Origin: Fidelibacterota bacterium
GTDB taxonomy: Bacteria; Fidelibacterota; UBA2242
DNA: 64,000 nucleotides
Assembly: GCA_049975265.1 (NCBI GenBank)
Contig: JBNGDF010000005.1
Location: forward strand, 10,220 to 74,219
Reading direction: 5' to 3'
A program made the position numbers and the translations under genes. Shown here piece after piece: positions 1 through 9,177 of this stretch; positions within the stretch are counted from its first letter, which is position 1, and the number at the start of each line of letters is the position of its first letter. The notes under the pieces were generated by a model. It was not told the DNA's origin. It did not search any database and was given only the letters and a program-made list of their open reading frames with translations.

Positions 1-415
1 GGGCGACGACATTTTGGGATCGTTTTTTAGGGATCAGAGGGCTGAAAATTGTTGCGCGACTTGTGAAATGCCGGACGTAATTCCAGAAACCCAACAAGAC
101 GATGGCGGTTCCGAGCTTCGAAAGAAAAGGGCTGACCAGCAAGCCGGCGATCATGGTGAGGGAGATGAGGATGACTTCCCAGGAGTAGGAAGTGGCGGCT
201 TGGAAGGGTTCGATTTGGGTGGCAATATTCAGCTGCTCGAGCTGTTGGTGCAGGATTTCAGCCGCCTGTTGCTCCTCTTTTGAGGTAGCTCCCCGGTGGG
301 GCAGACCGGTTAGTTTTTGGAGGATATCCGGAATGTTCATAACGAGACAAATATAGGGGTTTTTAGAGGATGCTACAAGAGGAGAAAAAAAGTTTTTGCT
401 TTTGGTGAATATATT
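1..415 (-). CDS. Hypothetical protein with predicted membrane segments; 3' end lies beyond the window edge and the start codon is unresolved
   Basis: Hand reverse-complement of 1-415 gives an open minus-strand frame running from a stop at 416-418 to the window edge. It encodes ...GATSKEEQQAAEILHQQLEQLNIATQIEPF...LTMIAGLLVSPFLSKLGTAIVLLGFWNYVRHF..., with hydrophobic stretches. No ATG near the 5' end; a TTG at 349 is a candidate start. Not in the supplied ORF track, probably because it is truncated. Confidence 0.3.
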
Positions 416-438
416 CTAAATTAGACCGCTTTTTAAGT

Positions 439-511
439 GGCGAGGTAGCTCAGTCGGTAGAGCAGGGGACTGAAAATCCCTGTGTCGGCGGTTCGATTCC
501 GTCCCTCGCCA
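439..511 (+). tRNA. tRNA-Phe (anticodon GAA)
   Basis: Cloverleaf by hand: acceptor GGCGAGG/CCUCGCC, D-arm GCUC...GAGC, anticodon stem GGGGA/UCCCU with loop CUGAAAA (GAA at 34-36), T-arm GGCGG-UUCGAUU-CCGUC, discriminator A. CCA not encoded. Confidence 0.9.
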
Positions 512-513
512 CG

Positions 514-545
514 CCGATTTATCCCGGGCAATCGGGGTTTTTTTT
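514..545 (+). terminator. Rho-independent terminator immediately after tRNA-Phe
   Basis: Stem CCGATT (514-519) / AATCGG (530-535) with a 10-nt loop, followed by a run of 8 T. Confidence 0.5.
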
Positions 546-651
546 ATTTTATTGGGGATTTCGATTTCAAATCGTTTCCCGTTCGGCGTAGCCAAGCGAA
601 GCCGGGATTCCTCATTACACTATTTTATCCCGAAAAATCAACACCTTTTCT

Positions 652-1299
652 TCAAGAAGAAAGACGGAAATTTCCGGCCCTGCTTCCAATGGGATGGCTG
701 TCTTGAACCTGATAGAAATATACACCCGAACTATATTCTGAAGCGTCCCATTGCTGCTGATGAATACCGGAATTCTGGTATCAATAAACGAATTTTTCTA
801 CTAAATGACCATTGTTATTAAATGTTGTGAGACTGACGTTTGGTGGCTCACAAAGATTATAGGAAATGGTCGGGACCGGATTGAATGGGTTTGGAGAATT
901 CTGCAGAAGAGTGACTTTTTGGTGAGGATGAATGTTATGATCAACTCCGGTGTGCAAATCCCAACGGGTGGCTATAGAATATTCAATACCATTGAGTGCT
1001 TTTAAATAACCGGTATAATCGTATCCACAGATCTGGACCGTTGTTTTGCATTCCACCGCTGTATACCGGGTTACGGCTGACAGATTATTCACGGTGGTTG
1101 CTTTCATGAGAATTAATGGTTCATCCGATGATGCGGTTGCGGGGTGAGAACCGATTACCGCCAGACGTTCGCTATAGTTATCAAAAGAAAAGCTGATGTC
1201 CAATCCTACGTCCTGGATTGTAATATCGCCGATCTGAACAGTTATCAGTGATCGGTTTTGAAAACAACCGGAATTGAAATATAAACGCCTACCGGTTCA
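652..1299 (-). pseudogene. Remnant of a T9SS-secreted protein: C-terminal sorting domain only, interrupted by an in-frame TGA
   Basis: Track ORF 781..1203 (-) ends ...LLQNSPNPFNPVPTISYNLCEPPNVSLTTFNNNGHLVEKFVY with TGA at 781-783. The same frame continues YQNSGIHQQQWDASEYSSGVYFYQVQ...AGNF (hand-verified), which completes the canonical T9SS C-terminal domain motif. No N-terminal functional domain upstream; upstream stop at 1297-1299. Sits next to tRNA-Phe. Confidence 0.45.
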
Positions 1300-2651
1300 C
1301 CGTTTTGTTCTGCCGGCTTGAACTTTACCTTTTTTATGGCTTCCATAGCGGCTTTTTCCAGACCTTTGAAACCGGGGGATATGAGAACCGTTACAGAATC
1401 CGATACATCGCCGTTTTTATCCACCAATGTCTGGACAACTACGGTGCCTTCATGTCCTGCCTCTTTTTCGGCTTGCGGATAGACAACCGCTTTCTGGATA
1501 GCCGCAAAACCGCCGATAGGTTCAGGGGGAGAATCGTAGGGAACAAATTTCGGGTCATTCACTGCCGCTGTTTTTTCCGATGGATTCACCGGTGTGTTGT
1601 TATTTTGATTGTTGCAGGATAGAACAATCAGAATGATGGAAAGAAAAACGAGTGTGATTTTTTGAAATATTCCTAATTTCATTTGCAGCTCCTTTCCAAA
1701 ATTGAATAGATATTCAAACCGCCGAATGATGGTTTTTTTTGAGAAAAAGAGACCGTTGGCGATTAAAGGCAGCCGGTGATGAACCAGGTAACTTTCCAAG
1801 TTGTCCATCAATGTTCTGCCGTATTTCGCAGGACTCTCACCCAATAATTGAATGGCAGTCGCATCACAGATTTTTTCACGTTGAAAGTTGATTTGGTGAT
1901 TCGCCAGCCAGACCAGGGGATGGAAGAAATAGAGGATGTTTAGTACGTTCTGAACGCTGATGGTCAGAATATCCCGGCGTTTGATATGGGCTAATTCGTG
2001 ACAGAGCACATGGTTCATCTGTTGGGGCTTCCAGCGACTGGCGGATTCCGGCAGGTAAATGACCGGCTTGCGGAAACCTTTGGTAAATGGTGCCGGGACG
2101 TCTGGGGAGGTGCATAATCGAATCGGTTTTAAGATTCCAATCCGCTGCTTTAATAGATGTAAATTACTGGATTTAATAAATGTTAAGGATCTACTCAGAG
2201 ATGTAAAAAAGAGGCGTTCATTACGAATATATAAGAAGAGTAAAATCACAATACCGCATAGCCAGAGGATGAACAGGATTGACGGAATGGTTAATGAAAT
2301 CGCCGAACTGGTTTGCGATGCAGCGCCCGCCTGAACCGTATCGAAACGAAAACCGAAGAAGGGAATGACCGGAATTGCGGAATGCTGCGTGAGAGGAAAT
2401 TTGATAACCGGCAGAAGGATTGCTTTGAAGATAAACAGAGTCCAGATTGAATATAAAAAGACGGGAGACTTTTTTCGGAGCAAGAGATTGAGAGCAAACA
2501 GAATCATAAATACAAGTGTCAGTTGCAATGATTGGCGAGCGATGATATTCAGCCAGCTCTCACCCACCCGGTTGAGTGTTGCGATCAGATCAGCCATTTT
2601 CCTGCTCCTTTGTTTCGATGAAATGTTTGATTTTTTCCAGGTCCTTTTCAT
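1245..2651 (-). CDS. BlaR1/MecR1-family M56 peptidase signal transducer fused to a TonB C-terminal domain
   Basis: HELAHIKRRD (HExxH zinc motif) within multi-TM M56 architecture. C-terminal PPEPIGGFAAIQKAVVYP...GTVVVQTLVDKNGDV...KFKPAEQNGEPV is typical of a TonB C-domain. Likely real start at MADLIATL (around 2597), overlapping the upstream blaI. Confidence 0.8.
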   Translation of the reverse strand: MKRTWKKSNISSKQRSRKMADLIATLNRVGESWLNIIARQSLQLTLVFMILFALNLLLRKKSPVFLYSIWTLFIFKAILLPVIKFPLTQHSAIPVIPFFGFRFDTVQAGAASQTSSAISLTIPSILFILWLCGIVILLFLYIRNERLFFTSLSRSLTFIKSSNLHLLKQRIGILKPIRLCTSPDVPAPFTKGFRKPVIYLPESASRWKPQQMNHVLCHELAHIKRRDILTISVQNVLNILYFFHPLVWLANHQINFQREKICDATAIQLLGESPAKYGRTLMDNLESYLVHHRLPLIANGLFFSKKTIIRRFEYLFNFGKELQMKLGIFQKITLVFLSIILIVLSCNNQNNNTPVNPSEKTAAVNDPKFVPYDSPPEPIGGFAAIQKAVVYPQAEKEAGHEGTVVVQTLVDKNGDVSDSVTVLISPGFKGLEKAAMEAIKKVKFKPAEQNGEPVGVYISIPVVFKTDH

Positions 2652-2973
2652 TGAATTTTTGCGTATCGAATAAAAAGGCTGCCAGTTTTGAAAATGACCC
2701 GTCGAAGGCTCGTTTGACGAAATGGTTGGTCTCCTTCTTGAGAATATCGGTCTCTTTTACTGTAGCGGAATAGAAATTGACCAATCCGATCTTTTCTTTG
2801 GTCAAATATTTTTTATCCACCAGCCGCTCCATATAGGTCTGAATTGTGGTATAGGCTTTGGATTGGTGGGCAGACAGGGCTTCATACACATCCCGGACGG
2901 TTGCTTTGTCCTTTTTCCAGACCTGCTTCATGATTTCCCATTCGGCGTTTGTCAGTGTTTCGACTTTTGGCAT
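2590..2973 (-). CDS. BlaI/MecI/CopY-family transcriptional repressor
   Basis: 127 aa with N-terminal winged helix (LTNAEWEIMKQVWKKDKATVRDVYEALSAH...TIQTYMERLVDKKYL). Directly upstream of, and overlapping, the BlaR1-like gene in the classic BlaI-BlaR1 pairing. Confidence 0.85.
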   Translation of the reverse strand: MPKVETLTNAEWEIMKQVWKKDKATVRDVYEALSAHQSKAYTTIQTYMERLVDKKYLTKEKIGLVNFYSATVKETDILKKETNHFVKRAFDGSFSKLAAFLFDTQKFNEKDLEKIKHFIETKEQENG

Positions 2974-2997
2974 GTTTGTCTCCGAATTTGTCGCTAA

Positions 2998-3037
2998 TCT
3001 ACTACGTTGGTAGTAATATACGGGTCTTTGTAGTAGA
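2998..3037. promoter_or_regulatory. Candidate BlaI operator palindromes upstream of blaI
   Basis: TCTACTAC-gttg-GTAGTAA (2998-3016, imperfect 18-bp palindrome) plus a second right half-site GTAGTAGA (3030-3037). Lies 25-65 bp upstream of the blaI start codon (2973). Confidence 0.35.
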
Positions 3038-3280
3038 TGTCAAGTAAAAATGGGATAAATTGCGCCGGACTGAATTGCGCTTCATGGTTGCCAGCTTAAA
3101 TATGGATGGCAGTGGTAATTTCGATCGCAGGGTCACGGGGAATTTGATCCGCTCTTCAGCAAAAAACGGGTAAAATTTATCTCCGGTATTCTGTCACCAA
3201 TCAGTCAACCCGGTAAGAACGGCATAGCAGATAAAGTTTTAAGAATTTGTTTCGGTCTCACCCTCTGATTTTTCCGCGAA

Positions 3281-4666
3281 TTGCATGGAAAAAACGATAA
3301 AATATTTAATTTACAGTATGAAAACCGCCCGTTATCCGCAAAGAATTCATTCACCGCAGCTATGATGCGTTCCAATTCAGCGTTTCACATAATGGCAAAA
3401 CCGGTCGGTCCGCTCTGTAATCTTGCCTGTAAATACTGTTTCTATCTTGAGAAAGACAGACTTTTCCCACCTGCTGAGAAATGGATTATGACCCCGGAGA
3501 TAGTGGAAAAATTTATCCGTGAATATATCGAGTCGCAACCAACGCCGGTGGTCAGCTTTGCCTGGCAGGGCGGCGAACCGACATTAGCCGGCTTGGATTT
3601 TTTCAGGCAGGTTATCCGCCTTCAGAAAAAGTATTCTCATGGAAAAAGGATTGAAAACGCTTTTCAGACAAATGGGATTTTGCTGGACGACTGCTGGTGC
3701 GAATTCTTATCGGAAAATCGTTTTCTGGTGGGACTGTCCATCGACGGTCCCCAGGAAATTCACGATAAGTATCGCCTTTATAAGAATGGTAAACCGACCT
3801 TTGATAAGGTGATGGCTGCCCTGGACTGTTTAAAAAGACACGCTGTCGAATTCAACACCCTGACCTGTGTCTACAGAGAGAATTCCTACCGACCGCAGGA
3901 GATTTATGATTTCCTGAAGTCCATCGGCAGCCGGTTTATGCAGTTTATTCCGATTGTCGCCAGAAAAGCGCGCGATAACGATGGTACCGGACTGACCCTC
4001 GTACCTCCGACGTTTCAGGGAGAAGCGGCTGTAACCGAATGGTCGGTGGAACCTCTGCAGTATGGAAAATTTATGATGTCTGTTTTTAATAGCTGGGTAA
4101 GAAAGGATGTCGGTACATATTTTATCCAGCTGTTCGATGTATGTCTCGGGAGCTGGGTTGGTCAAAGCGCCGGACTTTGCATATTTGCCGAAACCTGCGG
4201 GTGGGCGCTGGCACTGGAGCATAATGGCGATCTGTACTCCTGTGATCACTTTGTCTTTCCTGAAAACCGGTTAGGTAACATAAGGGAGGAATCCCTCGGG
4301 AAGCTTGCAAACTCAGCGAAACAGATTCGATTCGGACGGGACAAAGCAGACACCCTGCCTCGTGTTTGCCGCCGCTGCGACGTGCGCTTTCTGTGTAATG
4401 GCGGTTGCCCCAAAAACAGGTTCGTGAAAACGACAGAGGGAGACCCTGGACTGAATTACTTATGTGCGGGCTACCAATACTTTTTCCACACAACAGCTCC
4501 ATATATGCGATATATGGTCAGTGAGCTGAACAACCGGCGCCCGCCCGCCAATGTAATGGATTTTGCGAGGCAGAAGGATAAGCATTTCCCCGGAGTCGAT
4601 CGTAACGATCCCTGTCCTTGCGGCAGCGGCGTCAAGTTTAAAGACTGCTGCGGCAGCGTTCGTTAG
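3281..4666 (+). CDS. Radical SAM / SPASM-domain enzyme (anaerobic sulfatase-maturase-like) with a C-terminal SEC-C metal-binding motif
   Basis: CNLACKYCFY (CxxxCxxC radical-SAM cluster motif). SPASM-type auxiliary cysteine motifs CRRCDVRFLCNGGCPKNRF. C-terminal CPCGSGVKFKDCCG matches a SEC-C motif. True start probably internal (MMRSNSAFHIMAKP, around 3365). Confidence 0.8.
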   Translation: MHGKNDKIFNLQYENRPLSAKNSFTAAMMRSNSAFHIMAKPVGPLCNLACKYCFYLEKDRLFPPAEKWIMTPEIVEKFIREYIESQPTPVVSFAWQGGEPTLAGLDFFRQVIRLQKKYSHGKRIENAFQTNGILLDDCWCEFLSENRFLVGLSIDGPQEIHDKYRLYKNGKPTFDKVMAALDCLKRHAVEFNTLTCVYRENSYRPQEIYDFLKSIGSRFMQFIPIVARKARDNDGTGLTLVPPTFQGEAAVTEWSVEPLQYGKFMMSVFNSWVRKDVGTYFIQLFDVCLGSWVGQSAGLCIFAETCGWALALEHNGDLYSCDHFVFPENRLGNIREESLGKLANSAKQIRFGRDKADTLPRVCRRCDVRFLCNGGCPKNRFVKTTEGDPGLNYLCAGYQYFFHTTAPYMRYMVSELNNRRPPANVMDFARQKDKHFPGVDRNDPCPCGSGVKFKDCCGSVR

Positions 4667-4813
4667 CTCCTTTGGTGGAAATATGTACAACCGCATGTCA
4701 GAGCTATTTGCAGGATGGTGGTGTATGTGTTTTTCAGTGAAATTTTACTTTTCAACGGAAAGAATTATTGGAATTATATCCAGAATATTTAAAATACACT
4801 GTAAATCAATCAA

Positions 4814-5662
4814 ATGGGGAAATTACGCATGATGAAGGAAAAACTAATTTATCGCGGCAAATCGAAGGATGTCTTCGAGATAAGTGCAGGATCGCATGCC
4901 GGCAAATACCGGATGGTTTTTACGGATAGGGCGACCGGCTATCTGGAAAACGGAAACCCGGTGTTTGATCCCGGTTACGATACGGTTGTCGGGGAGATTC
5001 CCGGCAAAGGAGCAATTGCCTGCCGGTTTGCCACCCATTTCTTCAAACTTCTGAAAGACAAAGGGATCCCTTCCCATTATATTGATACAGTCGGTGACAA
5101 CGAAATGATTGTGGAGCCCGCCATTCCGCTGAGTATGCCGGCGGAATCCCCGGAGCTGCCCGGTTCTGCGCCGCTGCTGAACCTTGAGTTCACCTGGAGA
5201 AACAATGCGACCGGCAGTTTCTGGCGCCGGTATCCCTTCGTGAAGCCCGGTAAAAATCTGCATAAGGTTGTCGAATTATGGACAAAGGGTGATCAGGATA
5301 TCCTGATTACCATGGAAGCCGTCGAAGCCACCGGAGCCATGACAAGAGCCGAAATCGCACAGAGCGTCGGGATTGTACAAAACATCGCCGAGATCGTCTC
5401 CCGGGAATTTGCGGTTCACGATCTCCATGTCATCGATGGAAAGTTCGAGCTGGGCAGATTGAAATACGGTGATGGTGCGATCGTTATCATCGATGAAATA
5501 TCCCCGGACGTCCTACGGGTCTGCAGAGGCTATGTGCCCGATACGGACGGTAATTGTATGGTCTTCAAAGAGTGTGCAGTCACCAATTTTGCTGACGACA
5601 AACGGACAATCAAGAACCGCAAACAGGTTCCAGCGTCCGATTTTATCAATATATTTCTATGA
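4814..5662 (+). CDS. SAICAR-synthetase (PurC)-family ATP-dependent ligase, divergent paralog
   Basis: LIYRGKSKDVFE, IPGKG, IPSHYI and GKFELG blocks align with PurC signature regions. At 282 aa it is longer than canonical PurC and carries extra inserts. Confidence 0.65.
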   Translation: MGKLRMMKEKLIYRGKSKDVFEISAGSHAGKYRMVFTDRATGYLENGNPVFDPGYDTVVGEIPGKGAIACRFATHFFKLLKDKGIPSHYIDTVGDNEMIVEPAIPLSMPAESPELPGSAPLLNLEFTWRNNATGSFWRRYPFVKPGKNLHKVVELWTKGDQDILITMEAVEATGAMTRAEIAQSVGIVQNIAEIVSREFAVHDLHVIDGKFELGRLKYGDGAIVIIDEISPDVLRVCRGYVPDTDGNCMVFKECAVTNFADDKRTIKNRKQVPASDFINIFL

Positions 5663-5730
5663 TCCCAAAAGCGCGGCGATCGGGGCTGATTATTATTGAA
5701 TTTTTAACCTTCAGGACATAAGGGGATATA

Positions 5731-6924
5731 ATGCAACGCTATGTAGGAACGGTGGCAAGAGGAATTCGGTTGCCCATCGTGCGTGAAGGGGATGCCATTG
5801 CAGAAATAGTTGTTGACAGTGTCATCGCCGCCGCTGAAGCAGAGGGATTCACCATCCGAGATCGGGATGTTGTGGGGATTACCGAGTCGGTGGTGGCGCG
5901 GGCACAGGGAAACTATGTCACGGTGGCTGCCATTGCGGCGGATTTGAAGATAAAATTCGGTGGCGACTGCCTGGGTGTTGTCTTTCCCATCCTCAGTCGC
6001 AACCGTTATGCCATTCTGCTGAAAGGAATCGCCCGCAGCACCCGGCAGATTGTCCTGCAATTCAGCTATCCATCCGACGAGGTCGGTAATCAATTGATCG
6101 AGCCGGACAAGGTGGAGGAAGAGGGTGTCAATCCCTGGACAGATCATTTTACGGAAAGCCAGTTTAAGCGGACTTTCGGCAGTAGTCTGCACCCGTTCAC
6201 GGGCATAGATTACGTTGCCTACTACCGTTCACTGGTGGAAAGCGAGGGAGCTAAGTGTACTATTCTCTTTTCCAATCAGCCGAAAACCATCCTAGACTAC
6301 GCCAAAAATGTTCTGGCGTGCGACATTCATACCCGGGTACGTACCAAGCGGCAGCTGCTGGCGGCAGGTGCACAGACGGTCTATAGCCTGGATGAAATTC
6401 TGTCCGCTTCCGTGAACGGTAGCGGGTATAATCCGGATTACGGACTGCTGGGCTCAAATAAAGCCAATGAGGAAACCGTGAAGCTCTTTCCCCGGGACTG
6501 CCAGCCGATAGTGGATCGCGTTCAGCAACTTTTCAGGGAAAAAACCGGTAAATCTGTAGAGGTTCTGATCTACGGCGATGGTGCTTTCAAAGACCCGGTG
6601 GGAAAAATCTGGGAGCTGGCAGACCCGGTGGTGTCACCCGCCTATACCGCCGGTTTACGGGGTACTCCCAATGAGATCAAGCTCAAGTATCTGGCGGACG
6701 ACCGCTTCGCAGATCTCACCGGACAGGCGCTGAAAGAGGCGATTGTTCAGGAGATTTATGAGAAAAAAGAGAATCTCGTCGGGGCAATGGAATCCCAGGG
6801 GACGACGCCCCGCTGCCTGACCGACCTGATCGGATCGCTCTGCGACCTGATTTCCGGCAGTGGCGATAAGGGTACGCCGGTGGTGTACATTCAGGGCTAT
6901 TTCGACAGCTTTGCCACCGGTTGA
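5731..6924 (+). CDS. CofE-like (F420-0:gamma-glutamyl ligase family) amide ligase, extended
   Basis: N-terminal LPIVREGDAIAEIVVDSV...DRDVVGITESVVARAQG and C-terminal ...DLIGSLCDLISGSGDKGTPVVYIQG resemble the CofE family terminal motifs. At 397 aa it has a large central insertion. Confidence 0.5.
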   Translation: MQRYVGTVARGIRLPIVREGDAIAEIVVDSVIAAAEAEGFTIRDRDVVGITESVVARAQGNYVTVAAIAADLKIKFGGDCLGVVFPILSRNRYAILLKGIARSTRQIVLQFSYPSDEVGNQLIEPDKVEEEGVNPWTDHFTESQFKRTFGSSLHPFTGIDYVAYYRSLVESEGAKCTILFSNQPKTILDYAKNVLACDIHTRVRTKRQLLAAGAQTVYSLDEILSASVNGSGYNPDYGLLGSNKANEETVKLFPRDCQPIVDRVQQLFREKTGKSVEVLIYGDGAFKDPVGKIWELADPVVSPAYTAGLRGTPNEIKLKYLADDRFADLTGQALKEAIVQEIYEKKENLVGAMESQGTTPRCLTDLIGSLCDLISGSGDKGTPVVYIQGYFDSFATG

Positions 6925-6968
6925 TACATATTTTAACCAGTAATTTACATTAAAGGGGGAGCAAGAGC

Positions 6969-8075
6969 ATGAACACGATAGAAAAAGCCCTGATGCACGG
7001 ATTGTTTGTTCATTTGCATCATAATATCGATAAGGTGATTGATTTCAAAGGGTTTCAGGAGATCAACCGTCAGGTGGAAAAAATCTGGACGGGAGCCTTA
7101 CTGGTGGGCCCGGAAGCCAATGACGATGCAGCGGTATTTCAATTTCCCGGAATGGATGGATTTGTGGTGGGAAAGATGGAGAGCCACTGCTCGCCTTGTG
7201 TACCTCGTCCCTACGACGCAGCCGCTACGGGTGCCGGTGGTGCCATGCGGGATGTGGTGGCGATGGGCGCCCGCCCAATTTTTTTATTGGATTTCATCGG
7301 TACCCGGCCATTGGACCAGGAGGTAATTGTCGGACCCTGTGGATTTAAGGGGCGTTGTACCTGCGGCAAATGTAAGGTCATGACCAGTCAGGAGCGGGTG
7401 AACATCATGGTCAAAGGTTTGGGGGATATGTGCCGGACGATGGATGTGTTTATTGTCGGCGGTGGCTTCTCCACCTCCTTTTCGGATATTGTGCCGGCGG
7501 TGGTGGTGTCGGTTATCGGCAAACTGGTTACGGAAAAGCCACTCACCAAACCGGCGAAAGATGCGGGCGACCAGATCATCATCATCGGTGTAACCGGTAA
7601 TGATGGAAACGATACCCTCTACCGCGCCGGTCTGGTCGAAGAAATGCGTCCGGCGATCGCCCTGTTTGATGAAGAAAAAGTGGCAATGGAGGCGGCGTTG
7701 GCGGCATTTGCCACCGGTCAGGTCAAAGCCTGTTCCGACCTGGGTGCAGCGGGTATCGGTGCCGCCATCTGTGAATCCGCCCGGTACGGCAAACGGGGTG
7801 CCAGAATCGATTTAACCAAAGTTCCTGTCTCTATTCAGGACATCACTCCTCAGGAAATCCTGATTTGTGAAACCCAGGCGCGGTATATCGTGCAGGTGGC
7901 GCCGGAAGCGGTGGATGAGGTGGTGGCGGCTATTCGTTCCAAAACCGAGCATGTCGCCGTCATCGGTGAAATTACCACCGCTGATCAGGAGGTTTTCGAG
8001 TATAATGGTGAGGTCATTGCCGCGATTCCCAATCAGCCGTCGCAGGCAGAGCTTGAAATACTGAAAAGCAGTTAG
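6969..8075 (+). CDS. AIR-synthase-related (PurM-like superfamily) protein
   Basis: NDDAAV...G block and AATGAGGAMRDVVAMGARP match the PurM-like N-domain glycine-rich motif. C-terminal domain also PurM-like. Confidence 0.65.
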   Translation: MNTIEKALMHGLFVHLHHNIDKVIDFKGFQEINRQVEKIWTGALLVGPEANDDAAVFQFPGMDGFVVGKMESHCSPCVPRPYDAAATGAGGAMRDVVAMGARPIFLLDFIGTRPLDQEVIVGPCGFKGRCTCGKCKVMTSQERVNIMVKGLGDMCRTMDVFIVGGGFSTSFSDIVPAVVVSVIGKLVTEKPLTKPAKDAGDQIIIIGVTGNDGNDTLYRAGLVEEMRPAIALFDEEKVAMEAALAAFATGQVKACSDLGAAGIGAAICESARYGKRGARIDLTKVPVSIQDITPQEILICETQARYIVQVAPEAVDEVVAAIRSKTEHVAVIGEITTADQEVFEYNGEVIAAIPNQPSQAELEILKSS

Positions 8076-8165
8076 TAATCATCCGAAGGATCTCTTTGAG
8101 AAAGGAAAAAATCAGTAGAGAATCGTTCAGCAACCTATGCTGTCGGATTGTGCTCCGGCGCCGTT

Positions 8166-9149
8166 TTAACTCTTTTCCGCCTGATGCAGAAAGTGCCGGA
8201 CGACCTGCAGGTATTCCTGCGGTTTTTCCAGATGGTGTTCGTGGGACGCATTTTCGAAAATCCGGATTTGAGACCCGGGCAGATGATCCTGAAAAAATTG
8301 CGTTGTTGTCGGTGTTGCTTCGTCATACTCGCCGCAGGTGAACAGCACCGGTATATCTATCTCATTCAGATGATCAGTGCGTTCGTAGCTATTCAGTTCA
8401 CCGGTGACGGTAAATTCACTGGGACCCCACATGTGTTTGTACATTTCGAAATTTATCGTCTCGAACGACCTGTTCAGACAGTCCGGCCAGGTATCGAGAC
8501 GGCAGACATGCCGACGATAAAAATCCATCATCGCTCCCTGATATTGGGAAGAACTGTAATCGCCAGTTTGTTCAGATTTTAGGATGATTGCCCGGGTTGA
8601 TTCCGGCATTTCACGAATATAGGCGTTCTGGTCTGCGATCCAGCGCGAGGCGCTGAGCAGGGGCCCGGAGAGAATGAGACTCTCAACGCCTGCAGGTTGA
8701 TGGGTCAGCATATAATCAATCGCCAGCGCGCATCCCCAGGACTGACCCAGAATATGGCATTTTTTCAATTCCAGCGCCTGACGTACCTGATGAAGTTCCT
8801 CCACAAAATGCCCGATGGTCCACAGATTTTTATCTGCCGGTCGGTCGGATTTGCCGCAGCCCAGCTGGTCATAGAAAATGACCGGACGTTCATCTGCCAG
8901 CGCCTCGAGCGGTTCAAGGTAGTCGTGTGAGACCCCCGGACTGCCGTGTATAATCAAAAGTGGCATACCGGTTTGGTTTTTACCTGCAATTTTGTACCAA
9001 ATTTTACCGCCGGTGACTATAATATAACCTTCCTGCAGATCATCGGAGTTTTCGGTTATGATGATATCTGTTTTCTTTTCTATGGAACACCCCCCGAGTA
9101 GAAGTACAAAAACGATTAAGGAAAGTAGCCGTGATTTGAGATAGAACAT
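8166..9149 (-). CDS. Proline iminopeptidase (S33 alpha/beta hydrolase), lipoprotein
   Basis: GQSWG nucleophile elbow, HGSPG motif and prolyl-aminopeptidase family architecture. Lipoprotein signal MFYLKSRLLSLIVFVLLLGGCS. Track ORF extends to 9215, but the signal peptide suggests the ATG at 9149. Confidence 0.8.
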   Translation of the reverse strand: MFYLKSRLLSLIVFVLLLGGCSIEKKTDIIITENSDDLQEGYIIVTGGKIWYKIAGKNQTGMPLLIIHGSPGVSHDYLEPLEALADERPVIFYDQLGCGKSDRPADKNLWTIGHFVEELHQVRQALELKKCHILGQSWGCALAIDYMLTHQPAGVESLILSGPLLSASRWIADQNAYIREMPESTRAIILKSEQTGDYSSSQYQGAMMDFYRRHVCRLDTWPDCLNRSFETINFEMYKHMWGPSEFTVTGELNSYERTDHLNEIDIPVLFTCGEYDEATPTTTQFFQDHLPGSQIRIFENASHEHHLEKPQEYLQVVRHFLHQAEKS

Positions 9150-9177
9150 TGGAGTGCGGATCCTTTTAATCACCTGG

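Noticed and set aside
14-283. Plus-strand 89-aa ORF at the window start
   Set aside because: Low-complexity acidic and Gly-rich translation. It lies antisense to a better-looking minus-strand frame that runs to the window edge.
3281-4666. Calling the radical SAM enzyme a dedicated anaerobic sulfatase-maturating enzyme
   Set aside because: The motifs fit anSME-type SPASM enzymes, but no sulfatase gene is present in the window. It is also co-operonic with three ligase or PurM-like genes and carries an atypical SEC-C tail. I kept the generic call.
8096-8582. Plus-strand ORFs 8096..8341 and 8148..8582, and the many 60-200-aa ORFs antisense to long genes throughout the window
   Set aside because: They lie antisense to strongly supported genes (iminopeptidase, receptors, cargo genes) and have Arg/Pro-rich, low-complexity translations typical of shadow ORFs.
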